From contig CALFMK010000003.1 of assembly GCA_937879955.1 (NCBI GenBank), positions 12,581-76,580 of the forward strand: a DNA stretch of 64,000 nt, read 5' to 3'. This DNA comes from an uncultured bacterium. Lineage in GTDB: Bacteria > Patescibacteriota > Minisyncoccia > Phycocordibacterales > Phycocordibacteraceae. This document shows, piece after piece, positions 8,474 to 17,870 of the stretch (position 1 is its first letter; every line of letters starts with the position of its first letter). Position numbers and translations under genes: made by a program. The notes beneath the pieces are model-generated. The model did no database searches and was not told the origin of the DNA. It worked only from the letters and a program-made list of their open reading frames with translations.

Positions 8474-9693
8474 AGCGGGTACTGATATTCTCCCTCAACT
8501 ATTACCCGCACTTCATCGGCGGGGCCGAGGTCGCGATCAAGGAGATAACCGATCGCATATCGTCTGAGGAGATCGAGTTCCATATGGTGACGCTCCTTAT
8601 GGATTCTGTCCTCCCGAAGGAAGAGCGCGTCGGGAACGTCATCGTGCACCGCATCGGCCCTGCCGTAGAGAATCCGACGATAGCGGATCTCAGGCGATTC
8701 CCGCTCCATTACGCGAAGCACCTGTACCAGTTCCTCGCGGCATGGGAGGCCCTGCGGCTCCATCGGCGGCTGCGCTTCGACGGCATGTGGGCGATGATGG
8801 CGCATGCCTGCGGCATACCTGCAGGACTCTTCAAGCGCCTCGCGCCGGGAGTCAGCTACCTCCTCACGCTCCAGGAAGGGGATCCGCCTGAGCACATCGA
8901 GCGCCTGGCGCGGCCGGTATGGCCGCTCTTCGTCCGCGGCTTCAGGAGCGCGGACCAGGTCCAGGCGATATCGAACTTCCTGCTCTCATGGGCGCGACGG
9001 ATGGGATTCGACGGTCCTGCCGAGGTGATACCGAACGGCGTTGATCTCGCGCGCTTCATGCGCCCCTACCCGGCCGAGCAGATAGACGCCATGAAAGAGT
9101 CGCTCGGAAAGAAGGAAGGCGAGCTATTCCTCGTCACGACCTCGCGCCTGGTCCATAAGAACGCCGTCGACGACGTGATACGGGCCATGCCGGCCATGCC
9201 GGAGAACGTCACCTTCCTCGTCTACGGCATAGGCCCGGACGAGGACATGCTCCGCTCGCTCGCGGCTGACCTCGGCGTCTCAGGGCGGGTCCGGTTCATG
9301 GGCCAGATCGGTCATGCGGAGATGCCGCTCATGCTCGCGAGCTGCGACATGTTCGTGCGCCCTTCGCGCTCGGAGGGCATGGGCAACTCGTTCGTGGAGG
9401 CCATGGCAGCGGGGCTCCCGGTCATCGCGACGCAGGAGGGAGGCATCAGCGATTTCCTCTATGACGAGGTGCGGAATCCCGGCAAGGAGCCGACCGGCTG
9501 GGCGGTGGACGCAGACAGCCCGGCCCAGATCGCCGAGGCCGTACGGGCCATCATCGGGTCGCCCGATGCCGTGGCGCGCGTGCGGGAGACGGCACGGGCC
9601 ATGGTGTCAGCGCGGTACGACTGGGACACGGTTGCGAAGGATATGCGGGCGCTCTTCGCCCGGGTGCTCGGGGCTCCGGATGGAGTAGAATAG
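8470..9693 (+). CDS. glycosyltransferase family 4 (GT-B, group 1)
   Basis: 407 aa; C-terminal FVRPSRSEGMGNSFVEAMAAGLPVIAT EX7E-type motif. Confidence 0.8.
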   Translation: MKRVLIFSLNYYPHFIGGAEVAIKEITDRISSEEIEFHMVTLLMDSVLPKEERVGNVIVHRIGPAVENPTIADLRRFPLHYAKHLYQFLAAWEALRLHRRLRFDGMWAMMAHACGIPAGLFKRLAPGVSYLLTLQEGDPPEHIERLARPVWPLFVRGFRSADQVQAISNFLLSWARRMGFDGPAEVIPNGVDLARFMRPYPAEQIDAMKESLGKKEGELFLVTTSRLVHKNAVDDVIRAMPAMPENVTFLVYGIGPDEDMLRSLAADLGVSGRVRFMGQIGHAEMPLMLASCDMFVRPSRSEGMGNSFVEAMAAGLPVIATQEGGISDFLYDEVRNPGKEPTGWAVDADSPAQIAEAVRAIIGSPDAVARVRETARAMVSARYDWDTVAKDMRALFARVLGAPDGVE

Positions 9694-9698
9694 TCCCT

Positions 9699-10799
9699 AT
9701 GCGGCTCCTCATAGCCACCCCCTTATATCCGCCGGATCCGGGCGGTCCCGCGACCTACGCGAAGATCCTCGAGACCGAGCTCCCGTCCCGCGGCGTCCAG
9801 GTCGCGGTCCTGAAGTTCGGTTCCGTGCGCCGCTATCCGAAGATCGTGCGGCATGTCGCGTATTCCGTGCTCCTCATGCGCGCGCTCAAGGACGCGGATG
9901 CCGTCCTCGCGCTCGACCCGGTGTCTACCGGGCTCTCAGCCATGCTCGCCGCGAAGATCATGCGGAAGCCGTTCTTCGTGAAGGTGGTGGGGGACTATGC
10001 CTGGGAGCAGGGTACGCAGCGATACGGGATACGCGAGACGCTCGACGAGTTCGTGCGGTCGCGACACGTCCCGTTCCAGGTATCGGCGCTCCGCTCCGTC
10101 CAGGCGGCGGTCGCGCGTGCGGCGAGGACGGTGATCGTGCCGAGCGAGTATCTCCGCGGCATCGTAGCCGCATGGGGCATCCCGCCCGAGCACATGACCG
10201 TCGTCTATAACGCGATGCAGGCGGAGCCGGCCGGGACGCTTCCTTCGGCGGCGGCATCCGCCTCGCGCCCGCGCGTGGTGTCGGCAGGAAGGCTCGTGCC
10301 GTGGAAGGGCATGTCCGGCATCATCGACGCGATGGTCGCGGTGCGAGGTGGTATCCCGGACGCGACCCTTCTCATCGCGGGAGGCGGGCCTGACCGGGAT
10401 TCTCTCGAGCAGTATGCTCATGCGCGGCTCGGATCCGCGGCCACGATTCTCGGTCCGCTGTCTCACGCCGATACGCTCGCTCTCGTCGCGGATGCCGACG
10501 TATTCGTCCTCAACTCTACCTATGAAGGGCTGTCGCACCTTCTCATCGAGGCGCTCTCGCTCGGGAAGGCGGTCATCGCGACTGCGGTGGGCGGGAATCC
10601 GGAGCTCGTCGAGGACGGCAAGAACGGGCTGCTCGTGCCGCCGGGAGACCGCGATGCGCTCGCTGACGCGATCACGCACCTTCTCTCGACGCCGGAGCAT
10701 CGGGCGGTCCTCGGCACCGCCGCACGAGATTCGATGGAGCGATTCACGACCGCTGCCATGGCCGATGCGACCGTGAAGATCCTAACCTCACACCTATGA
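9699..10799 (+). CDS. glycosyltransferase family 4
   Basis: 366 aa; NSTYEGLSHLLIEALSLGKAVIATAVGG motif. Confidence 0.8.
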   Translation: MRLLIATPLYPPDPGGPATYAKILETELPSRGVQVAVLKFGSVRRYPKIVRHVAYSVLLMRALKDADAVLALDPVSTGLSAMLAAKIMRKPFFVKVVGDYAWEQGTQRYGIRETLDEFVRSRHVPFQVSALRSVQAAVARAARTVIVPSEYLRGIVAAWGIPPEHMTVVYNAMQAEPAGTLPSAAASASRPRVVSAGRLVPWKGMSGIIDAMVAVRGGIPDATLLIAGGGPDRDSLEQYAHARLGSAATILGPLSHADTLALVADADVFVLNSTYEGLSHLLIEALSLGKAVIATAVGGNPELVEDGKNGLLVPPGDRDALADAITHLLSTPEHRAVLGTAARDSMERFTTAAMADATVKILTSHL

Positions 10800-11935
10800 A
10801 AGTCCTCTTCATAACCAACGACCCAACCATCCTCGACCTCGGGAGCTCAGGGCACGGGCGCATGCGCGAGAACGCACTCGCGATCGGAGAGCTGCACGTG
10901 CTGATCGGCGCGTCGGCAGCGGAGACGAGGGACGAGGGCAGCCTGAGGGTCCATGCGGTTAAGGTGGGCAGGTTCGCACGTGACGCGACCCTTAAGGAAG
11001 CGGCGGCCGGGCTCGTCCGCGCGCATGGCATCCAGGCAGTGTGGGTCGAGGATCCCTTCGAGCTCGGCGTTATCGCGCTCGCCGTCGCGCGCGCGACCTC
11101 GCTGCCGCTCTACGTGAATGTCTATACCGACTTCCTCTCGCCCTGGTACTCGACCATGACGGGCATGTTCCGCTCCTCGAAGGTGAGGGTGCCGGGAGAG
11201 AATCGGAAGCGAATCCTGCTCGCGGATACGGTGCTTCCTGCGGCGCGCGGCATACGGGTGATGTCGGAGCGGGTGAAGGCTTCTCTCGTGAAGAAGTACG
11301 GCACTGCCATACCTGAGCCTGTCGTGATACCGGTCGCCGTCCACCAGGTCCCCGTCGAGCGCGTGATGCTTCCGGAACCCTCGTTCCCGTTCTCCCTCAT
11401 CGCTGCCGGCCGTCTCGATGCCGGGCGGCGCGTGATCGATATCATAGACGCGCTCGCGCTCATAAAGGATCGCTATCCGGGCGTCGGGCTCTACATCGTC
11501 GGCGACGGTCCAGAGCGCAGGCGCCTCGAGCGACAGGTGAGGCGCCGGAAGCTCTCCGGACGCGTCATCTTCCTCGGAGACCGTCGCGATACGCAGGGGC
11601 TCATGCGGAGCGCGAACGTGTTCGTGCAGGCGAGCGCGCACGAAGGATACGGCCGCCGGCTCCTGCAGGCCGCGATCGCGCGCGTGCCTATCATAACGAC
11701 GGACGTCGGCATCGTCGGCGAAGTGTTCAAGGGCTATGACGACGTGCTCGCGATGCCGCCGGGAGACCCGGCCGCGCTTTCCATACACATCGTCGGCCTC
11801 ATCGAGGACGGACAGGCACGGAACCTCCTGGCCATGAGCGCGGAAGCGTCCGCGAAGCGCTTCCTGCAGGCCGCCGGGAACATACCGGAGCGCATAGCCG
11901 CCTGGCTAGCAGGCGGACCGAACCCTGCCGTATGA
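10796..11935 (+). CDS. glycosyltransferase family 4
   Basis: 379 aa; QASAHEGYGRRLLQAAIARVPIITTDVG motif; 4-bp ATGA overlap with upstream gene. Confidence 0.75.
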   Translation: MKVLFITNDPTILDLGSSGHGRMRENALAIGELHVLIGASAAETRDEGSLRVHAVKVGRFARDATLKEAAAGLVRAHGIQAVWVEDPFELGVIALAVARATSLPLYVNVYTDFLSPWYSTMTGMFRSSKVRVPGENRKRILLADTVLPAARGIRVMSERVKASLVKKYGTAIPEPVVIPVAVHQVPVERVMLPEPSFPFSLIAAGRLDAGRRVIDIIDALALIKDRYPGVGLYIVGDGPERRRLERQVRRRKLSGRVIFLGDRRDTQGLMRSANVFVQASAHEGYGRRLLQAAIARVPIITTDVGIVGEVFKGYDDVLAMPPGDPAALSIHIVGLIEDGQARNLLAMSAEASAKRFLQAAGNIPERIAAWLAGGPNPAV

Positions 11936-13053
11936 GGGTCCTGATGGTGTCGCTCGATCGGAAGGCGTTCGTACCGGGAGACCCGGCGCGCGAGCGGCTC
12001 GCGTCGTACGGGAAGGTATTCGAGGAACTGCATATCATCGTCTACGCGAAGCGGGATCTCGGCCTTTCCGAGGAGCGCATCGCGGACAACGTCTGGCTCT
12101 ATCCGACGAACTCGAAGGGCCGGCTCTCGTACGTCCTCGATGCTATCAGGCTCGCGCGCGGCCGTTCCGTTGATATCGTCTCGGGGCAGGACCTCGGAGA
12201 GACAGGCGTGGCCGCCTGGCGCATCGCGCGCATGCTCAGGGTCCCGCTCCAGCTGCAGGATCACGCGGACGTATTCGATCCGTACTTCGCGAGAGAGAGT
12301 ATAGGGAACCGGGTCCGGGTCCTTGTCGCGCGGTTCCTGCTCCCGAAGGCCGACTGCATCCGTACGGTCCTTCCGGCAGGGAAGGACCGGATCAGCGCGC
12401 ACTTCCCGTCGCTCGAAGGACGCATCGAGGTCCTGCCGGTCTATACGCCCACAGACGCTCTCAGGGATGCGCGCCCGTCGTTCTCGCTCCATGACCGGTA
12501 TCCTGCGTTCTCGCGCATCTTCCTGATGGCATCGAGGCTCGTTCCTCAGAAGGACATCGGCTTCGCGTTGCGAGCGTTCGCTGAGGCGGATGTCGAAGGG
12601 AGCGGGCTCGTGCTCGTGGGCGAGGGTCCGCTCAAGGACGCGCTCATGGAGGAAGCCGTGGAGCTCGGCATCGAGGACCGGGTCGTGTTCGTGCCGTGGG
12701 AGCGCGACCTTGTCCCGTACTACAAGACCGCGGACCTGTTCCTGCTCTCGTCCGCGTACGAGAGCTATTGCCGTACGCTCGTCGAGGCCGCGGCCGCAGG
12801 GCTTCCGTTCGTGTCTACGGACGTGGGCGTCGCGAGCGCGCTCGTCGGGTCGGGGGCGGCAGGCACCGTCGTCGCGCACGGGGACCATGTCGCGTTCAGG
12901 AACGCTATCCGTGCCTGGAGCGAGTCAGGGAAGGATGCTGCGGCGGCCGGGAAGGGGCTCGCGGCGGTCGAGCGCCTCGTCGGCAAGGACGAGAACGAGT
13001 ACCGCGCGCGGTACCGCGATACACTCGCGCGATGCGCGCAGAAAGCAGTATGA
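11932..13053 (+). CDS. glycosyltransferase family 4
   Basis: 373 aa; LSSAYESYCRTLVEAAAAGLPFVSTDVG motif. Confidence 0.75.
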   Translation: MRVLMVSLDRKAFVPGDPARERLASYGKVFEELHIIVYAKRDLGLSEERIADNVWLYPTNSKGRLSYVLDAIRLARGRSVDIVSGQDLGETGVAAWRIARMLRVPLQLQDHADVFDPYFARESIGNRVRVLVARFLLPKADCIRTVLPAGKDRISAHFPSLEGRIEVLPVYTPTDALRDARPSFSLHDRYPAFSRIFLMASRLVPQKDIGFALRAFAEADVEGSGLVLVGEGPLKDALMEEAVELGIEDRVVFVPWERDLVPYYKTADLFLLSSAYESYCRTLVEAAAAGLPFVSTDVGVASALVGSGAAGTVVAHGDHVAFRNAIRAWSESGKDAAAAGKGLAAVERLVGKDENEYRARYRDTLARCAQKAV

Positions 13054-14093
13054 GGCTCCTCGTCGTAACCCAGGCGCTCGATCTCGACGACCCGCTCCTT
13101 TCCGCGTATCACGGATGGGTCGAGGCGCTCGCGCATGAGTCCGAGAGCGTCGAGGCGGTCTGTCTCAAGGAAGGGAGGCACGACCTCCCGGCGAACGTCG
13201 CCGTGCACTCCCTCGGCAAGGAGTCGGGGCGACGGTCCCGACTGCGCTACGCGCTGTCGTTCCTTGCGCTCTGCTGGAAGCTGCGGAAGCGGTACGATGC
13301 GGCGTTCGTGCATATGAACCAGGAGTACGTGCTTATCGCCGGACCGCTCTGGAAGCTGCTCGGGAAGGGTATCTATATGTGGCGCAACCACTATGCCGGC
13401 TCCGTCCTCACGGATATCGCGGCGAGCCTCTGCACGAGCGTCTTCTGCACGTCCCGCCATTCCTATACCGCGAAGTACCGCAAGACCGCATTGATGCCGG
13501 TGGGCGTGAATCTCGAGCGCTTCGATCCGGAGGGTCCTGAGGGCCGCGTGCCGCGCTCGATCCTTTTCTTCTCGCGCATCGCGCCATCGAAGCATGCAGA
13601 GCTCTTCGTCGAGGCGTTAGGTCTTTTGAAGGCGAGAGGTTTGCCCTTCTCCGCGTCTATCGTAGGATCCGCGCCGTCCGAGTATGAGGCGTATGCACAG
13701 GGGCTTCGCGCGCAGGCAGGGGACCTCGGCCTTGCGGAAGACGTACGGTTCCTTCCGGGAATCCGCAACGAGGACGCACCGTCGGTGTTCCGTTCCTATG
13801 AGCTCTATGTGAACTGCTCGCCGTCCGGGATGCTCGACAAGGTTATCTTCGAGGCGGCCGCGTCAGGGTGTCTCATCCTCTCCGAGAGCGATGACCTGAG
13901 GAAGGGAGGATTCGAGGACGTTACGTACGAGCCTGGCGATGCCGCGTCGCTCGCGGAGCACATCGAGCGCATGCTCGGATACTCGCCTGAGGAGAAGACT
14001 GCACTCCACGCGCGCTTCGCGTCGCTCGCGAACGAGAACAGCCTTACCGGGCTCGCGAAGGAGCTCGTGGCGCATATGCAGCCCAGCCGGTAG
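13050..14093 (+). CDS. glycosyltransferase family 4
   Basis: Start reassigned to ATG 13050 (ATGA overlap with the stop of the previous gene; MRLLVVTQALDL...). The ORF-track start at 12696 would overlap the preceding gene by 350 bp in an Arg-rich shadow frame. Motif VNCSPSGMLDKVIFEAAASGCLIL. Confidence 0.7.
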   Translation: MRLLVVTQALDLDDPLLSAYHGWVEALAHESESVEAVCLKEGRHDLPANVAVHSLGKESGRRSRLRYALSFLALCWKLRKRYDAAFVHMNQEYVLIAGPLWKLLGKGIYMWRNHYAGSVLTDIAASLCTSVFCTSRHSYTAKYRKTALMPVGVNLERFDPEGPEGRVPRSILFFSRIAPSKHAELFVEALGLLKARGLPFSASIVGSAPSEYEAYAQGLRAQAGDLGLAEDVRFLPGIRNEDAPSVFRSYELYVNCSPSGMLDKVIFEAAASGCLILSESDDLRKGGFEDVTYEPGDAASLAEHIERMLGYSPEEKTALHARFASLANENSLTGLAKELVAHMQPSR

Positions 14094-14103
14094 TATTTCG
14101 GGG

Positions 14104-14553
14104 ATGAGGTACTATCTCGATTTCGAAGGGACTTGCTTTGATACGGAAGCGTTCTTTGCGTATGTCCGGGAGCGCGGGAGCGACGATGCCTTCGAACCGG
14201 GCGAATTGTCACGGTTCCTTTATCCTGACGCCGCGACGTTCCTGCGCGAGAAGGAGAACGCGGTCACGATAATCACGTCCGCCGATCGGGAGACGCAGGA
14301 ACCGAAGACGAAGAGTGCGCTCTACGGTATCCCGCGTATGTCGGTGATGTATACGGGCGGTGCTCGAAAAGGGGAGTTCCTGGCCCCGCATACGCATCTT
14401 CACAAGGATGCGCTGCTCGTCGACGATTCAACGGCGGAGCTCGAAGCGCTTCAGAAAGAATGTCCTGAGCTCGTGCTCTACGAGATGCGACGGTGTGGCG
14501 GGGTGGGGGATGGGCGCTGGCCGGTCGTGCGGTCACTCTTAGAGCTCCCGTAA
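14104..14553 (+). CDS. hypothetical protein, possibly HAD-like (LDFEGT motif)
   Basis: 149 aa from the internal ATG at 14104; the ORF-track N-terminal extension is an Arg/Ser-rich shadow frame. DFEGT / LLVDDS weakly resemble HAD motifs I/IV. Confidence 0.4.
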   Translation: MRYYLDFEGTCFDTEAFFAYVRERGSDDAFEPGELSRFLYPDAATFLREKENAVTIITSADRETQEPKTKSALYGIPRMSVMYTGGARKGEFLAPHTHLHKDALLVDDSTAELEALQKECPELVLYEMRRCGGVGDGRWPVVRSLLELP

Positions 14554-14563
14554 GCGTACCGGG

Positions 14564-14569
14564 TATACT
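14564..14569 (+). promoter_or_regulatory. -10-like TATACT 9 nt upstream of the ATG at 14579
   Basis: gggTATACTtaggttcatATG. Confidence 0.4.
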
Positions 14570-14578
14570 TAGGTTCAT

Positions 14579-15208
14579 ATGCGGTTCAAGACCAAGTCAT
14601 TCCTGCGCCGGGAGCAGTACAAGAGGCTCTCGAAGCTTTCTATCGACGGGAAGATCCTCGATATCGGCGGATCGAAGAAATCCGGCTACCACGAGCTCAT
14701 CGGCGGGGACCACAGCATCCTCGTGGGGAACATAAACGAAGCCTACGGAATCGATCTCGTTTTCGATGCGCAGGAGCCGTGGCCCTTCGAGGACGCGTCG
14801 TTCGACGGTGTCTTGCTCGTGAACGTCCTCGAGCATCTGTACAAGCATCGCGTCACCCTCGACGAGACGAGACGGACGCTTCGGAAGGGAGGTACGGTCG
14901 CCGGTGTGGTGCCGTTCATGATAAACGTGCACGGGTCGCCGAACGACTACTTTCGCTACACGAGGAGCACGCTCGAGCAGATGCTCAACGAAGCGGGGTT
15001 CAGTGACGTACAGGTCGAAGAGCTCGGTACCGGTGCGTTCAGCGTGATCTACCATTGCCTCCTCGGGTTCGTGCGCTTCAACTGGATGGCCGACGTGCTG
15101 ATACCGCTCTTCGGCGGAATCGACCGGCTCATCGGCCGCATCAAGCCGGACAACAAGATGTCGGCGAAGCAGATGCCGCTCGGCTATTACTTCGAGGCGA
15201 GACGGTAG
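14579..15208 (+). CDS. class I SAM-dependent methyltransferase (Methyltransf_11-like)
   Basis: ILDIGGSKKSGY (motif I), FDGVLLVNVLEHL (motif II/III region). Confidence 0.7.
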   Translation: MRFKTKSFLRREQYKRLSKLSIDGKILDIGGSKKSGYHELIGGDHSILVGNINEAYGIDLVFDAQEPWPFEDASFDGVLLVNVLEHLYKHRVTLDETRRTLRKGGTVAGVVPFMINVHGSPNDYFRYTRSTLEQMLNEAGFSDVQVEELGTGAFSVIYHCLLGFVRFNWMADVLIPLFGGIDRLIGRIKPDNKMSAKQMPLGYYFEARR

Positions 15209-15211
15209 TCC

Positions 15212-16327
15212 ATGGAGCTAATCTACCTCACCGCGAAGCATTTTCCGGCCACAACCGCCGATCATGTCTACATACGCTTCCTCGCCCAGGCGTTCTCCCG
15301 GCTGCTCGGGAAGGATTTCACGCTCGTGATAGCGGGCGAGATTCCGGACGAGCTGGGCTGCATGCGTGTTCGCAGCGTCCGTACGCCGAGGTTCCTCAGG
15401 ACACTCTTCTATTTCTTCTGGCTTCCGAGCTTCATACATTCCCGTCTCAAGGGCGGAGTAAAGCCCTTCTTTTTCTGCAACGACTTCAACCTTCTCGCGA
15501 TACTCGCGTTCTGGAAGCCCTTCTTCAGGGACCGGTACGGCATATGTTCCGACTGGCATCTCATGACCGAGTCGTGGAAGGACCAGTACGTCGCGCGAGC
15601 GAGCGACCGCCTAGTCACGACCTCGGCGCGACTGAAGGCATGCATCGTCGAGCGGACGGGGACGCCTGTCGAACGGGTCAGTGTCGTCTACGGAGGTATC
15701 GATCCGGAGCCCTACAGGGAACCTTTTTCTAAGACCCGTGAGGAACTGCAGCTGCCGGAAGGGTACCTGGTCGGATACGTGGGACTCTTCAGGACCATGG
15801 GCAAGGAGAAGGGGCTGAAGACGATGATAGACGCGCTCGCGATGCTCCCGTCCGATGTCCATATGGCGTTCGTCGGCGGCTCGCCGGCAGAAATCGACGA
15901 GTACCGTGCGTACGCTCGGGCACATGATGTCTCGGATCGATGCGTGTTCATCGAGAAGCAGCCATTCGAAGGAGTCGTCACGTATGAACGGAGCATGGAT
16001 GCGCTTGTTATCCCGTATCCGGACGAGCCCCACTTCCGCAATTACGGATTCCCGATGAAGGTCTACGAATACCTCGCGGCAGGGAGGTCTATCATCTATT
16101 CGAACCTCGCGATACTGGACGAGGTCCTTGGTGAGAAGGGCGCCAGTTTCACTGCTGGAGAAGCAGCTGATCTTGCGCGAGCGGTCCTTCTCCTTAAGGA
16201 GGGTGATGCGGCATCAGCAAGTCCATCCGAGTACAGAGACCTGTATTCGTGGGACAGGAAGGCAGCTGAAATCGTCGGAGCTATCTCTGAAGAGCCTTCT
16301 CCACGAGCGGGAGGAATCCTTTCTTAA
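15212..16327 (+). CDS. glycosyltransferase (GT4-like)
   Basis: 371 aa; C-terminal VYEYLAAGRSIIYSNLAILDEV. Its 3' end overlaps the convergent gene 16281..17459 by 47 bp. Confidence 0.6.
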   Translation: MELIYLTAKHFPATTADHVYIRFLAQAFSRLLGKDFTLVIAGEIPDELGCMRVRSVRTPRFLRTLFYFFWLPSFIHSRLKGGVKPFFFCNDFNLLAILAFWKPFFRDRYGICSDWHLMTESWKDQYVARASDRLVTTSARLKACIVERTGTPVERVSVVYGGIDPEPYREPFSKTREELQLPEGYLVGYVGLFRTMGKEKGLKTMIDALAMLPSDVHMAFVGGSPAEIDEYRAYARAHDVSDRCVFIEKQPFEGVVTYERSMDALVIPYPDEPHFRNYGFPMKVYEYLAAGRSIIYSNLAILDEVLGEKGASFTAGEAADLARAVLLLKEGDAASASPSEYRDLYSWDRKAAEIVGAISEEPSPRAGGILS

Positions 16328-17459
16328 TCACTTCGAGTGTGTGGTCCTGCTGGAGGCGGGCGAAACCTTCGGCGAAGTACCCTGGATCCGTTTCCATAGC
16401 GCGCTTCAGTGTATCGGCAAGAGAGACGGCGTCACCTTCCTTGTAGAGGAATCCGATACCATACTTCTCGACGTACCAGGCGAAAGGTTCTATGTTTGGC
16501 GCGACGATAGGGATGTTCCGTTGGAAGCAATCATGCATCACCTGAGATGATATATTTCCGCGTGCGAAGTCATAAGGAAGTAGCGCGTAGCGCGTCTGGA
16601 GCATGAGCTCTGAATATCGCTCTTCGGTTATATATCCGAACTCTCCGCGGACATGGAGCGATTCGTCGTTCTCTAGCTCATGGACCAGTGCCTCTACGGA
16701 ACGACCAACAGAGTCCCGAGGTAACCCTGCTACAAGATATCGATAGTCCAGCCCGTTTTCCTTATATGCGTTGAGTGCGAGCGTGTGGCTCTTGCTCCTG
16801 GAGATCGTGCCGATGGTCAGAAAGTCGAACATCGGAGAAGATTTCCTTTCCTGTTCGCCGAGCGGCTTGAGGTCTAGGTTCGGAAGCCATGGCAGATCCC
16901 TGCGCTTCAAGGCATCCTCGAGCCCAGCTATCATCGGAGGTTCGTTCGTCGTCAGAAGGAAGGATGCTCTATCTACGAGGTCCTTGTAGCACCGTGCATA
17001 AAATCGGTTCGCGAGAGCATGCAACCAGGTAGCTGCCGTCTTCGGTAGATAGATATATAACCTCGGATTCAGTATGAAAAGCCCATACCTGAACTTCGGA
17101 CGGAAGAGGTACATGAGCGGGTCATAGGATTCAGATGTTATGAGTACCAGATCCAGATTCAGTGAGGCGATGGTCCGGAGGCTCCGCTTCCATCTCATGA
17201 CTCGGTTCAGAATGTTCGCAAGACGAGATGGGAGAAGTGGAATTTTGCCAGACGCTGTCTCAGGCAGTAGTGCCTGGAATTCGGGTGTGTTACCGAGGAA
17301 AAGCCTGCCCTCATAGGTCTCACGCATGTACCCGTCAAGATCGAGAAATACGACCTGGTACCTGCTGTCATTGAGTAGTTCGGCGACGTATCGGTCGAAT
17401 GCGACAAAGTGACCTTCCTTCGTAAAGGCTGGGTCGAATATACCTACGCGATATGGCAT
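16281..17459 (-). CDS. putative glycosyltransferase-like protein (GT-B-like), first gene of the lower-GC island
   Basis: 392 aa; lower GC than flanks; weak GT-B-like C-terminal half. Family not confidently assigned. Confidence 0.4.
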   Translation of the reverse strand: MPYRVGIFDPAFTKEGHFVAFDRYVAELLNDSRYQVVFLDLDGYMRETYEGRLFLGNTPEFQALLPETASGKIPLLPSRLANILNRVMRWKRSLRTIASLNLDLVLITSESYDPLMYLFRPKFRYGLFILNPRLYIYLPKTAATWLHALANRFYARCYKDLVDRASFLLTTNEPPMIAGLEDALKRRDLPWLPNLDLKPLGEQERKSSPMFDFLTIGTISRSKSHTLALNAYKENGLDYRYLVAGLPRDSVGRSVEALVHELENDESLHVRGEFGYITEERYSELMLQTRYALLPYDFARGNISSQVMHDCFQRNIPIVAPNIEPFAWYVEKYGIGFLYKEGDAVSLADTLKRAMETDPGYFAEGFARLQQDHTLEVIKKGFLPLVEKALQR

Positions 17460-17466
17460 GACGCGG

Positions 17467-17856
17467 CTACGTGTTCGACTCTACGAGAGGTGAGTCGAGT
17501 CGATAGGTGTCCTTCTCGTAGTCATCGCCGCCACGAGTACCTTCCGTGATAGAAAGGAAGATGCTCTTCTCGAGCGCAATGAGAGAATGTGCCTCTCCGC
17601 GCTCATGCATGACGAGTGTGCCTGGTTCTGCGATGATCGCTTCGACGACGTCGCTATTCTCCGGTCTGGACAGAATCTTCATTTTTCCGCTCAGTATGTA
17701 GTCGTACTGTACGGTCTCCTTATGGTAGTGATTTCCGCGAACAGCCCCTTCGCTGCTGGTGATTACGGTTATGTGCTCGATTGGTGTGTGCGTAAGGATA
17801 TCGCGTATGGTCCCGCGATCGTCCTCGAAATTCACCGGCTTATTCCAGATTTTCAT
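17467..17856 (-). CDS. WxcM/FdtA-like cupin (dTDP-4-keto-6-deoxy-sugar 3,4-ketoisomerase family)
   Basis: Start reassigned to MKIWNKPVNF at 17856, with TATACT 7 nt upstream on the minus strand; cupin motif GAVRGNHYHKET. Confidence 0.6.
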   Translation of the reverse strand: MKIWNKPVNFEDDRGTIRDILTHTPIEHITVITSSEGAVRGNHYHKETVQYDYILSGKMKILSRPENSDVVEAIIAEPGTLVMHERGEAHSLIALEKSIFLSITEGTRGGDDYEKDTYRLDSPLVESNT

Positions 17857-17870
17857 AACGCAAGTATAGG

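Noticed and set aside
12696-13049. Upstream extensions of ORFs 12696, 13939, 42346 and 48345 proposed by the ORF track
   Set aside because: Each extension overlaps the preceding, well-supported gene in an Arg/Ser-rich frame. The internal ATGs at 13050, 14104, 42544 and 48492 give proteins that begin at the conserved N-termini.
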